From the NCBI GenBank assembly GCA_038227875.1, contig JBBRPR010000011.1:32001-96000 (forward strand): a stretch of 64,000 nucleotides of DNA. Direction: 5' to 3'. Position numbers and translations under genes: made by a program. Within the stretch, counting starts at the first letter, position 1; every line of letters starts with the position of its first letter. Source of the DNA: Planctomycetota bacterium. Its GTDB lineage: Bacteria > Planctomycetota > SZUA-567 > H5-PLA8. Shown in pieces: positions 8,335 through 16,923 of the stretch. The notes beneath the pieces are model-generated. The model ran no database searches and had not been told where the DNA came from. It was given only the letters and a program-made list of their open reading frames with translations.

Positions 8335-10587
8335 CTACCTCTTCTTTTTCGACGGCTTCTCCGCGTCATCGCCGAACAGTCCCGGCTCATCGTTCTTCTT
8401 CGACTTTCCGCTCGACCTCTTCTGCGCTTTCTTTCCAATCTGCCTTTCGCCGACTTTACCGACCTTCGGCGTCTTCTCGGTTGCTCCGGCGATCAATTCC
8501 GGCGTCTCCACCGGGGCTGTTGGCTGAGCCAGCGCCAGTCCAGCGGCTTGCGCGGCGAGCGCTGAAACATTGCCCTGAATGCCATCGGCAGTGCGGATCA
8601 CCACGTCGGCCAGTTCGTCTTCCTCTTTGTCCTTGTTCTTATTCAGCAGACGATTGACCTCTTCGCCACCGGTGATTTCTTCGGCGATCTTCTGCAACTG
8701 TTTCTTGAGTTTGTCTGCATCCAGCTTGCCGCCCTTGATGCGCTTGCACGATTCGGCGACTTCCTCAATGTAACGCTGAAACGTATTGCGCCGATCGAAC
8801 TCATTCTTCGCCTGCTGCCGCTTGCGGATCCAGATGCCGAGCTTGCGGCCGCATTCCTGCAGCGCGCGCTTGATCTCGTCCATGATCTCGTCGTACTCGG
8901 CAATCGCTTCTTTGGCCTGATTGGTAAACGGCACCCACACCGAAGCCATATGCACGAAAATCGTCATCGGGCCCTGCGGCGGAGCACCGCGGCTCTGCGA
9001 CACGCCGTAATTTTTCCACGCGGTCTTCAGCACGCCTTTAAACGCCGCGCATGCCGTCGCCTGGTACTGCAGCGGAACGCGATTGGCGTAGCGAATGACT
9101 TCGGCGAGCTGTACGTCTTCGTCATCCTCCTCGCCTTCTGCTTTGGCTTCGATAATCCCCGCCTCGGCTTTCGCGATTTCCTCGGCCGCGATCTCCGCGG
9201 GATCCTTCGCCGACGCACCGTCGCCCTTACCGTACGCAATGCCGGCTTCGATCACGAACGGATTACCGCGATACACCTTGGGCGGCCGCGTTACGGCACA
9301 GTAGAAATCAGCCTTGATCGTTTTCAGCAAGCCAGCCTTGATCGCATCGACGCCAATCGGTGAAATACAATCCGTCGGCGGAGCCATCAGCTTCGCGCCC
9401 TGCAGTGCCTTGAACAACCGTTCGGCATCCTGCCCCACCACATCGCGGAGACGGCCGCGAGGCGAGAGCTTCGCTTCCTTGCACATCTCTTCGGCGTTCT
9501 TCGTGGAGACGCGGCAGAAATCCGTCGCCAGAAATCCGCTCAGCCAATGGCTGCTGGTGTCCTGGAGCATCTTCAGCAGCATGCCCAGCTCAATACCATG
9601 CGGATGCGGTTTGATCTCGCGCGGCTGCTGCGGCAGCACGTCCACGCCGCGCGGGAACTCCCGCTTCTCTTCATCTGGCGAGACGTACGTGAACTTCGCG
9701 TGCGGATTGGCGACGCTTGTCAGTTCGAGGTATTCGTCAACCGACTGCTTCCCCTTGCGGTATTCGCCGACCAGTTCAATCGAAACCGCAGTGCCATGCT
9801 CGCGATCCCACTCGATCTGCTTCGTTTCGTGCTCGACCGGCTCGTTCTTCTTCGTGTCGATGCTGACGTCGATGCAGTGCGCCTTGGATTCGCCCGTAAT
9901 TTTCGTGATGACCTGCGTCGGCTTGCCGGTCGTCAACTGGCCGTACATGCCGGCGGCGGAGATGCCGATGCCCTGCTGCCCGCGGCTCATGCGGAGGCGA
10001 TGAAATTTCGAACCGTAGAGCAACTTGGCGAAGACCTTGCCGATGTTTTTCTTGACGATGCCCGGGCCGTTGTCGTCGATGCTGACGATAAAGCGTTCGG
10101 CCTGAGCAGGCGAAGCCGGCCAGGTGCCGTCGCCGTTCTTTGCGACTTTGATTTTGACGGTGATGTCCGGAAGGATGCCCGCTTCTTCGCACGCATCGAG
10201 ACTGTTGTCGACGGCTTCTTTGACGGTCGTCAACAGCGCTTTGCGCTTGTTGTCGAAACCGAGCATGTGGCGATTTTTCTGAAAGAACTCCGCGACCGAA
10301 ATGTCGCGCTGGCGGGAACTCATCTCCTGAGCAGTCGCACCTTTGAAGGCCGGCTTGGCGCGCGGAGCAGCTTCCGGCGCGGCGGCCTTGGGCTCGTCCT
10401 TGCCATTTCCGGCGCCGGCTGATGTGGCGGGGATGGCGGATTTGGCGCGATCGAGCGCAGCGTTTTTAGGCTTCTCCGGCATGGCCGATTTTACTCCCGT
10501 TGTCTTCTCGTTGGAACCCGTGTCACCCGTGGACGCGCTTCCTGCCTGGCCTTGAATATCCATGACCGGCGGCTCGTGATCTGCCAC
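8335..10587 (-). CDS. top6B: DNA topoisomerase VI subunit B (GHKL ATPase)
   Basis: ISVAEFFQKN, KEAVDNSLDA, DDNGPGI, GSKFH, RGQQGIGIS, RYANRVPL, WKNYG, VPFT; GTG start with GGAGGAGG RBS. Confidence 0.95.
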   Translation of the reverse strand: MADHEPPVMDIQGQAGSASTGDTGSNEKTTGVKSAMPEKPKNAALDRAKSAIPATSAGAGNGKDEPKAAAPEAAPRAKPAFKGATAQEMSSRQRDISVAEFFQKNRHMLGFDNKRKALLTTVKEAVDNSLDACEEAGILPDITVKIKVAKNGDGTWPASPAQAERFIVSIDDNGPGIVKKNIGKVFAKLLYGSKFHRLRMSRGQQGIGISAAGMYGQLTTGKPTQVITKITGESKAHCIDVSIDTKKNEPVEHETKQIEWDREHGTAVSIELVGEYRKGKQSVDEYLELTSVANPHAKFTYVSPDEEKREFPRGVDVLPQQPREIKPHPHGIELGMLLKMLQDTSSHWLSGFLATDFCRVSTKNAEEMCKEAKLSPRGRLRDVVGQDAERLFKALQGAKLMAPPTDCISPIGVDAIKAGLLKTIKADFYCAVTRPPKVYRGNPFVIEAGIAYGKGDGASAKDPAEIAAEEIAKAEAGIIEAKAEGEEDDEDVQLAEVIRYANRVPLQYQATACAAFKGVLKTAWKNYGVSQSRGAPPQGPMTIFVHMASVWVPFTNQAKEAIAEYDEIMDEIKRALQECGRKLGIWIRKRQQAKNEFDRRNTFQRYIEEVAESCKRIKGGKLDADKLKKQLQKIAEEITGGEEVNRLLNKNKDKEEDELADVVIRTADGIQGNVSALAAQAAGLALAQPTAPVETPELIAGATEKTPKVGKVGERQIGKKAQKRSSGKSKKNDEPGLFGDDAEKPSKKKR

Positions 10588-10792
10588 GATCGACCTCCTC
10601 CCCTTATAGGGCTGCTCTTTGGCGGCCCTACCGTATCGGCAAAAAGCAGTACACGGTTCACTGCTTTTCGCTATGACTACGACTGGGAACAGCCCCTGGA
10701 AAGTCGTTCGGCCAAGGCCGTTAAACGCTCTAACAGCAGGGCGTTCAACAACACTCTGGACACGTGGACCTATTCAGCGGGCTGCTAGTCCG

Positions 10793-10821
10793 ATAATATA
10801 GGAAAAGCTTAGGGTATGCAA
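10793..10821 (-). promoter_or_regulatory. Putative sigma70 promoter of top6B-top6A
   Basis: Minus strand TTGCAT-17 nt-TATTAT. Confidence 0.5.
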
Positions 10822-10947
10822 CCTCTGAGAAACCGGACCTCATTCTTTGCCCACTTTGTTTTAAATACTTCCCTATTGTAAAGCGTCAGGTCTAGGAGTA
10901 GAAATTAGGGTCTGCGCATGTTGGGTGCGCGCGTCAGAAGGGCGCTT

Positions 10948-12423
10948 ATGCCGACGATCCATTCCAAATCGGACCCGTCCAGTGGTTCAGGAATATTCGT
11001 CAAATACCCTAAAATCGGTGGTTTCACGATCACCGATCACCTCCACGAAGGCTCCCACAGTTCCATCTACAAAGCCCGTCAGGATCGTCTCGGCCGCGTT
11101 CTTGCGCTGAAGCTGGTGCCAGAATGGCCGCCGCCGACCGACGTCGCGTTGGAACGCTTCAACCGCGCTGCCTACGTTTGCGCGCACACGCCCCACCCTG
11201 GCCTCGCCACGCTGTTTGATGTCGGCACGCGCGATGGCTTCTACTTCGCCACCTACACGTATTTGGAAGGCCAGACGCTGCAGCGCCATCTCGGCATGGT
11301 CAATCAGGTAGATGAAGCCTTCGCCACGCATGTCGGTCTGCTGGTCTCAAAAACGCTCGCGGCATTGCATGGCAACAACATCTGTCACCGCAATGTGAAG
11401 CCGAAAAATCTGTTCCTCGAAACCAACGGCAATGTCCGCATGATCGGACTGGGCCTGGCGAGTTGCAAAACGGCGTTCTTCTCGCCACACCTCGACACGC
11501 ACGCCATCGGCACGCCGCATTTTATGGCGCCGGAAATGATCAAGGGTTCGTGCGCCGATCCCCGTTCGGATCTCTATTCGCTGGGCGTGACGTTGTACGT
11601 GATGGTCGCCGGACGCCCGCCGTACGACCGTGGTATTCCTGCGGTGGTGATGTCGCGCCATCTGACCGACACGCCCGCGTCGCTCAAAGAGATTCGCCCA
11701 GACCTCTCCTCAAAGTTCGTGAACCTGGTCGAAGCGTTGATGGTGAAGGATCCGGCCAAGCGTGTCGCATCGGCAGCCGAAGCCGCGAGCATGTTCGAAG
11801 CGCTCAACAAAAAGAACAGCAGCTTCTGGCGCGTGGCTCCTTTGCTGGCTCAGAAGCCCGCCGCGCCCGCACCGCAACTTCCGATTGCGCCGGCACCAGC
11901 GCCTGTCGTCGCAGCTGCGGTTCAAGGTGCAGTCGCCAGTCCCGCTGCTCCTGCGCCCGTGCTGCCTGTCGAAACGAATCCCACTCCCAAGCCAAGTGCC
12001 AGAAGCATGCATCCGCTCGTGGTGGCCGGAGCTGCTGCGACCTCAGCGGTCCTGCTGGTACTGGGCGTGATGTATGCGGCCACGTGTTACTACGGCAAGG
12101 CGCCACCGTCGCTCCATCCAACCGCCGCGCCTGAAAAGCCGCAGCCGCCTGAAGCACCGGCATGGCAAGTCGCTCCGCCCGCGCATCCTGCTACCGCGGA
12201 TTTGACGTCTGATGCAGATCTCAAGAAATTGCTCGACCAGTCCAACACGTTCGAAGAAAATCCAGCAACCGGCTGCAAAGCCTGGTGCGAATTCCTGATT
12301 AATCATCCGACGGTGTCGCAATCCACGCGCGAAGTCGCCGAACAGCGTCTCCAACTTTACCAGACACTGAAGGCCCGCAACGCGATCGACGTCCATCCCC
12401 GCCAGGCCGAACCTGAGTTCTAA
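10948..12423 (+). CDS. Hanks-type Ser/Thr kinase-like membrane protein with degenerate catalytic motifs
   Basis: ALKLV, HRNVKPKN, GTPHFMAPE, SDLYSLGV; Pro/Ala linker and TM segment; start could be 10918. Confidence 0.85.
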   Translation: MPTIHSKSDPSSGSGIFVKYPKIGGFTITDHLHEGSHSSIYKARQDRLGRVLALKLVPEWPPPTDVALERFNRAAYVCAHTPHPGLATLFDVGTRDGFYFATYTYLEGQTLQRHLGMVNQVDEAFATHVGLLVSKTLAALHGNNICHRNVKPKNLFLETNGNVRMIGLGLASCKTAFFSPHLDTHAIGTPHFMAPEMIKGSCADPRSDLYSLGVTLYVMVAGRPPYDRGIPAVVMSRHLTDTPASLKEIRPDLSSKFVNLVEALMVKDPAKRVASAAEAASMFEALNKKNSSFWRVAPLLAQKPAAPAPQLPIAPAPAPVVAAAVQGAVASPAAPAPVLPVETNPTPKPSARSMHPLVVAGAAATSAVLLVLGVMYAATCYYGKAPPSLHPTAAPEKPQPPEAPAWQVAPPAHPATADLTSDADLKKLLDQSNTFEENPATGCKAWCEFLINHPTVSQSTREVAEQRLQLYQTLKARNAIDVHPRQAEPEF

Positions 12424-12589
12424 TCTCTGCCGGTGTTTAACGTTCAAGATCTCGCAAGTAGCCGCGCAAAGCGCTCTCGTCATCCCAATTAAGTTTTCAA
12501 ACAAAGTCTGGCAGTCGCATTTCGCACACGTATAATTCCCGCACGTTTCATCAAAACAGGTCGTACATCCCATAGCTGAGCTCGCATCC

Positions 12590-15500
12590 GTGCGCGTTTC
12601 ATCCCGAATCTCATCTGGAAATCCTTGCCAGCGCTGGTTGGCGCTGATCGCGCTTTTAATGCTCATTCCCAATCTCCACGCAGCAACGATCACGTGGACC
12701 GGCGGTGGGGACAATTTGTTTTCAAACCCCAGCAATTGGTCGCCGGTTGGCGCGCCTGGAACCAATTCGGATGTGGTCATCGATTCTACTGGCGTCGCCA
12801 TTGTCTGGGACACGTCAGCCGTATCTACAGTGCGTTCAATTCGCCTCGATCGTCCGTTCACCGGCACTGTTACGCTCGCTCAATCCATAACTTCCAACTT
12901 CATTACACTGAATGCCGGCACATTGATAACGGCAAAGGATTCTCCAACTACTCTGATCAGTGGAGTCGATCTGAACATCGGAGCCACAGGATCATTATTG
13001 GTCCGACGCTCGTCGCTCTCCGGCAATGGCGCGGGCCAAACAATTTCTGTCGGCCATGATCTGACGGTCGCCCCCGGAGGAAAAATCATTTCCGACGGCC
13101 AGGGCTTTCCCACCGGCATGGGACCCGGAGCCGGAACGACGCAAACGAACGATGGATCCGGCGGTGGCCACGGCGGAACTGGCGCCGACAGCAGCGTCGC
13201 TCGTGGCGGAACGAGCAACGGCTCCGCGACGAATCCCGTTTCTCTGGGCAGCGGCGGCGGAGCAGGCGCGCCTGGCGGCACGAGCGGCCTGGGCGTGGGC
13301 GGCGGTGCAATGCATATCATGGTGCTCGGAAATGCACTGATCGACGGCACGCTTTCGGCGAACGGTTCCAACAGTGGCGCAGGCGATCTGGGCGGAGGCG
13401 GATCCGGCGGCAGCATCTGGCTGGAAGTTAATAGCGCGTTCTCGGGATCGGGGCTGATCTCCGCCAATGGCGGCAATGCCGATGGCGCAACCAACGGCGG
13501 CGGTGGCGGCGGACGCATTGCCATCACGTGGGGTTCCTCGACATTTGGCGGAACGGTCAGTGCCGCTCCGGGAACCGGCGCCGGCGGCCTAAGCGCCATG
13601 CCCGGCACCTACACCTTTCCGGACGGCCACGACCTCAGCGTGAAAGGTTCGTTCGCGCTGTTGCCTGGAACATACGCGATTCCGAATCTCTCGATCTCCA
13701 ACAACGCGACGCTGCTGCTGCAAGGCGATGCGACGGCGCTGCCGAATGGTTCCGGCGTCACGATTAATGCCACGAACATTTCGATCGCAGCCGGATCTAA
13801 ACTGAGCGCCAGCGGTCAGGGCTTTCCGACGAACTCCGGACCGGGCGCGGGCGACAATCAGGCCTGCGACGGATCCGGCGGCGGCCATGGCGGCACAGGC
13901 GCCGACACAACTCTGAAATCCGGTGGAATCGCGTACGGCTCCGTCACGTCCCCCACGGCGCTGGGCAGCGGCGGCGGCGCAGGGTGCGCGGGCGGGACGA
14001 ATGGTACGGGCTTCGGCGGCGGAGCGATCACGCTGAACGCCTCAACCATCTCAAACAACGGTGCGATTACTGCCAACGGGATATCGGCCGTCGCCAACAC
14101 ACACGGCGGCGGTGGTTCCGGCGGGAGCATCTTGCTCGTCGCCAATACGATTTCTGGCTCAGGGCAAATCCACGCCGACGGTGGAAACGGCGACGGCAGC
14201 ACCAACGGCGGCGGCGCCGGTGGTCGCATCGCGATTCGTCCGATCTCCCCCGCCCTTTTTGCGTATACATTTTCAGGGCCGCTCACCGCCAGCGCAGGTA
14301 CGGGCGGAAGCACCGCAGCAACGGTCGGCTCGATCTACATTCCGCCTCAAATTTCCAGCGCCGCGGATCAGGTATTTCCCGGCAACGGTCCCAGCACCGC
14401 GATGCAAGCGATCACCATCACCAATCGCCCGTACGTCAATGCCGCGATCACGGCGGCCAACGGTCTCCGCATCAAAATTCCCAGCACGTTCAACATGATT
14501 TGGAATCCGGCCTTCGCCACCGCGACACTCACCGGTCCGCAGGCCGCCAAAGTGTCGGCAGCGGCTTCGTATCCGACCACTTCGATCCTCTCATTAACGG
14601 TCCTCTCCGATTTCGGCAGCGGTGAATCGTTTTCCGTTTCTGGTTTGTCGTTCATGAATTTCCTCCCTGGCAGTATGCCCAACCCCGACGCGCTGCAGCT
14701 TGAAATCCTCAACGACGGCGCCACACAAGCGATCGATGCACACACGATTCGCATTCAGGAAGTCACCGCATTCAACGACGGCCTCTACACGCTGACCACT
14801 GGAAGCATGCTGAATGTCGCCGCGCCTGGCGTGCTCACCAACGACACCGAGATCTCCAATCACGCGCTGACCGCGCACAGCGCCACCTTGCCGGCGCATG
14901 GAACACTGACGTTCAACGCCGACGGCTCTTTCGCATACACTCCGGCCGCGAACTACATCGGTCCAGATTCGTTCACCTACGTTGCCAACAACGGCACCAC
15001 CGACTCGCTGCCGGCGACCGTTTCCCTTTCCGTCACCAAGACCGTGCTGACCGTAACGGCCACCGACGCAAGCAAAACCTACGGCGCGCCGCTACCGATC
15101 TTCGCCGCCACGTTCAGTGGATTCGTGAATGGCGACACGGCATCCGTAATTTCCGGCGCACCCGGATTTTCAACACCGGCGATGTCTGCCAGTGCCGCTG
15201 GCACCTACTCCATCCTGCCTTCTTTGGGAACGCTGAACGCCGCCAGTTACTCCTTCGCTTTTGCCCCGGGCACTTTGACGATCAACAAGGCCGTGCTTAC
15301 CGTCTCGGCCACCGGCACGGTCAAGCCGTTCGGGGCATCGATTCCAACGCTGCCGTACACGCTCAGTGGATTTCTGAATGGCGATTCAGCGGGAGTCGTC
15401 AGCGGCGCCGCTTCTTTGAGCACCTCCGCGACCGCGTCGAGTCTCGAAGGAACTTATCCGATCACCGTTACCGCTGGCACTCTTTCGGCGGCGAACTACA

Positions 15501-16312
15501 CGTTCGCGTTCAGCCCCGGCACGCTGACGATCGTGCCATCGCCTCCGGTGATCGGTTCGATTTCGCTGCAGCCCAGCCCAGCATCCAGCGGTCAGAACGT
15601 CAACTGCTCCGTCGATGTCACCACCACCGCGGGTGTCAGCGCCACCGTCCTTTGGAATTTTGGAGACGGCACCACGGCGTCGGGGACCAGCGTCCAGCAC
15701 GTCTGGAAGAATGCAGGCACCTTCACGGTCACGATTACCGCGACCGGCAACGACGGCGTTGCGACGACCTCAACGCAGGAGATGTCTGTCAGCCTCACCG
15801 CGGGATCGGATCCCGGCGTCGTTGACGTTGGTCCCGGCACACCCGGCGGGCCCAGCTCAAAGCTCGGCAAGGCTTCGGCGAAAATCAATTTCGCATTGCG
15901 CGATAAAACGACGCTGACATGCACATTGGCCGCGCTGAATTTTCCCGCTACGCTCAAACAAGCCGACCTGCAATTGCTACCTGGCCTGCTGACTATTGGC
16001 GCCGGTCCCAACCAGCAACCCTATCAATTCGCGTTGAACAAAACCGGACAGGGTTCCGCTACAGGCATTCAGAAAATCACGGTCACGACGAAGAAAAGTA
16101 CGATTACATTTACAGTCAATGGACGTCTGGGATTGACCGATCTGTTCGAGAGCCTCGGAGCCACGACGACCCCAACGCCAAAAAATGGCGCACCGATTCC
16201 AATTACCATTCCGGGCACGCTAAAAATTGGCGACGCGATTTTTCTCGCGTTCACGCTGCGCTTGAATTTTGTTTCGAAAGGCAACTCGGGAACGGCCACG
16301 ACCGGAAAGTAG
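12590..16312 (+). CDS. Large secreted/surface protein: Gly-rich repeats, Ig/cadherin-like domain, two MBG domains, PKD domain
   Basis: Signal peptide then ATITWTGGG; two repeats GQGFP..GPGAG..GSGGGHGG..LGSGGG; GVLTNDT..HGTLTFNADGSFAYTP; SKTYG..SGFVNGD repeats; WNFGDG..HVWKNAGTFTVT. Confidence 0.85.
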   Translation: MRVSSRISSGNPCQRWLALIALLMLIPNLHAATITWTGGGDNLFSNPSNWSPVGAPGTNSDVVIDSTGVAIVWDTSAVSTVRSIRLDRPFTGTVTLAQSITSNFITLNAGTLITAKDSPTTLISGVDLNIGATGSLLVRRSSLSGNGAGQTISVGHDLTVAPGGKIISDGQGFPTGMGPGAGTTQTNDGSGGGHGGTGADSSVARGGTSNGSATNPVSLGSGGGAGAPGGTSGLGVGGGAMHIMVLGNALIDGTLSANGSNSGAGDLGGGGSGGSIWLEVNSAFSGSGLISANGGNADGATNGGGGGGRIAITWGSSTFGGTVSAAPGTGAGGLSAMPGTYTFPDGHDLSVKGSFALLPGTYAIPNLSISNNATLLLQGDATALPNGSGVTINATNISIAAGSKLSASGQGFPTNSGPGAGDNQACDGSGGGHGGTGADTTLKSGGIAYGSVTSPTALGSGGGAGCAGGTNGTGFGGGAITLNASTISNNGAITANGISAVANTHGGGGSGGSILLVANTISGSGQIHADGGNGDGSTNGGGAGGRIAIRPISPALFAYTFSGPLTASAGTGGSTAATVGSIYIPPQISSAADQVFPGNGPSTAMQAITITNRPYVNAAITAANGLRIKIPSTFNMIWNPAFATATLTGPQAAKVSAAASYPTTSILSLTVLSDFGSGESFSVSGLSFMNFLPGSMPNPDALQLEILNDGATQAIDAHTIRIQEVTAFNDGLYTLTTGSMLNVAAPGVLTNDTEISNHALTAHSATLPAHGTLTFNADGSFAYTPAANYIGPDSFTYVANNGTTDSLPATVSLSVTKTVLTVTATDASKTYGAPLPIFAATFSGFVNGDTASVISGAPGFSTPAMSASAAGTYSILPSLGTLNAASYSFAFAPGTLTINKAVLTVSATGTVKPFGASIPTLPYTLSGFLNGDSAGVVSGAASLSTSATASSLEGTYPITVTAGTLSAANYTFAFSPGTLTIVPSPPVIGSISLQPSPASSGQNVNCSVDVTTTAGVSATVLWNFGDGTTASGTSVQHVWKNAGTFTVTITATGNDGVATTSTQEMSVSLTAGSDPGVVDVGPGTPGGPSSKLGKASAKINFALRDKTTLTCTLAALNFPATLKQADLQLLPGLLTIGAGPNQQPYQFALNKTGQGSATGIQKITVTTKKSTITFTVNGRLGLTDLFESLGATTTPTPKNGAPIPITIPGTLKIGDAIFLAFTLRLNFVSKGNSGTATTGK

Positions 16313-16356
16313 TGGTGGTTTTTAACCCTGGGGACCATGGTCCCTATGGTCGGCTA

Positions 16357-16914
16357 TCAGCTCGCGATCTCGTAGAATTCCCTCGAACGCGCGTCCAAAT
16401 TCGCCTTGTTCAGGATGTACTGATTGCCCGCGAGATCTTCGATCACCGACTGGCCGCTGGACGTGTGCTGAATCGATTCGCGCGGTGAGCCGGTGAAAAA
16501 ATCGTGAGCGCCACGGTCGGTCAGTACGAACCAATGGAACGAATGCTGTTCGTCGACCACGTTGTCGATACGCGTGATCACCGGCAGCATGCGCGAATTG
16601 CGGATCAGGCGCTTCATCAGCGTCGTGCCGGCTGCATTGACCTTCTCGAGGTTCTCCAGGATACCGATCATGTCGCCCTGCGAGCCGTCATCCTTGGCGG
16701 CGTAGAGCTGGATCATGGAATTCGGAGCCGTGAGCGGAAAAATCGGCAGCGCGTAGATGCTTGGGTACGACCGCACCGGCTCGCCGCGAATGTCGAGCTT
16801 CACGCGACCGAACTCGCCTTCCGAGAGCGTCAAGACGTCGGCCGAAAAAATCACCGCGCCGTCAGGCTTCTCTTCCTTCTTTGGCAGCGTTTCGGTCTTC
16901 ACGGCCTCAGTCAT
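16357..16914 (-). CDS. DUF1854-domain protein
   Basis: FPLTAP..., PVITRI...WFVLTDRG...IEDLAGNQY..LDARSR; downstream of the cognate ABC gene. Confidence 0.75.
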   Translation of the reverse strand: MTEAVKTETLPKKEEKPDGAVIFSADVLTLSEGEFGRVKLDIRGEPVRSYPSIYALPIFPLTAPNSMIQLYAAKDDGSQGDMIGILENLEKVNAAGTTLMKRLIRNSRMLPVITRIDNVVDEQHSFHWFVLTDRGAHDFFTGSPRESIQHTSSGQSVIEDLAGNQYILNKANLDARSREFYEIAS

Positions 16915-16923
16915 CAGTTCTCC

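Noticed and set aside
12043..12867. 274-aa minus-strand ORF
   Set aside because: Overlaps two well-supported plus-strand genes; no motifs
13090..14240. Duplicated segments as a DGR template/variable repeat pair
   Set aside because: Both copies are in-frame protein repeats, differences are not adenine-specific by eye, and no reverse transcriptase is present
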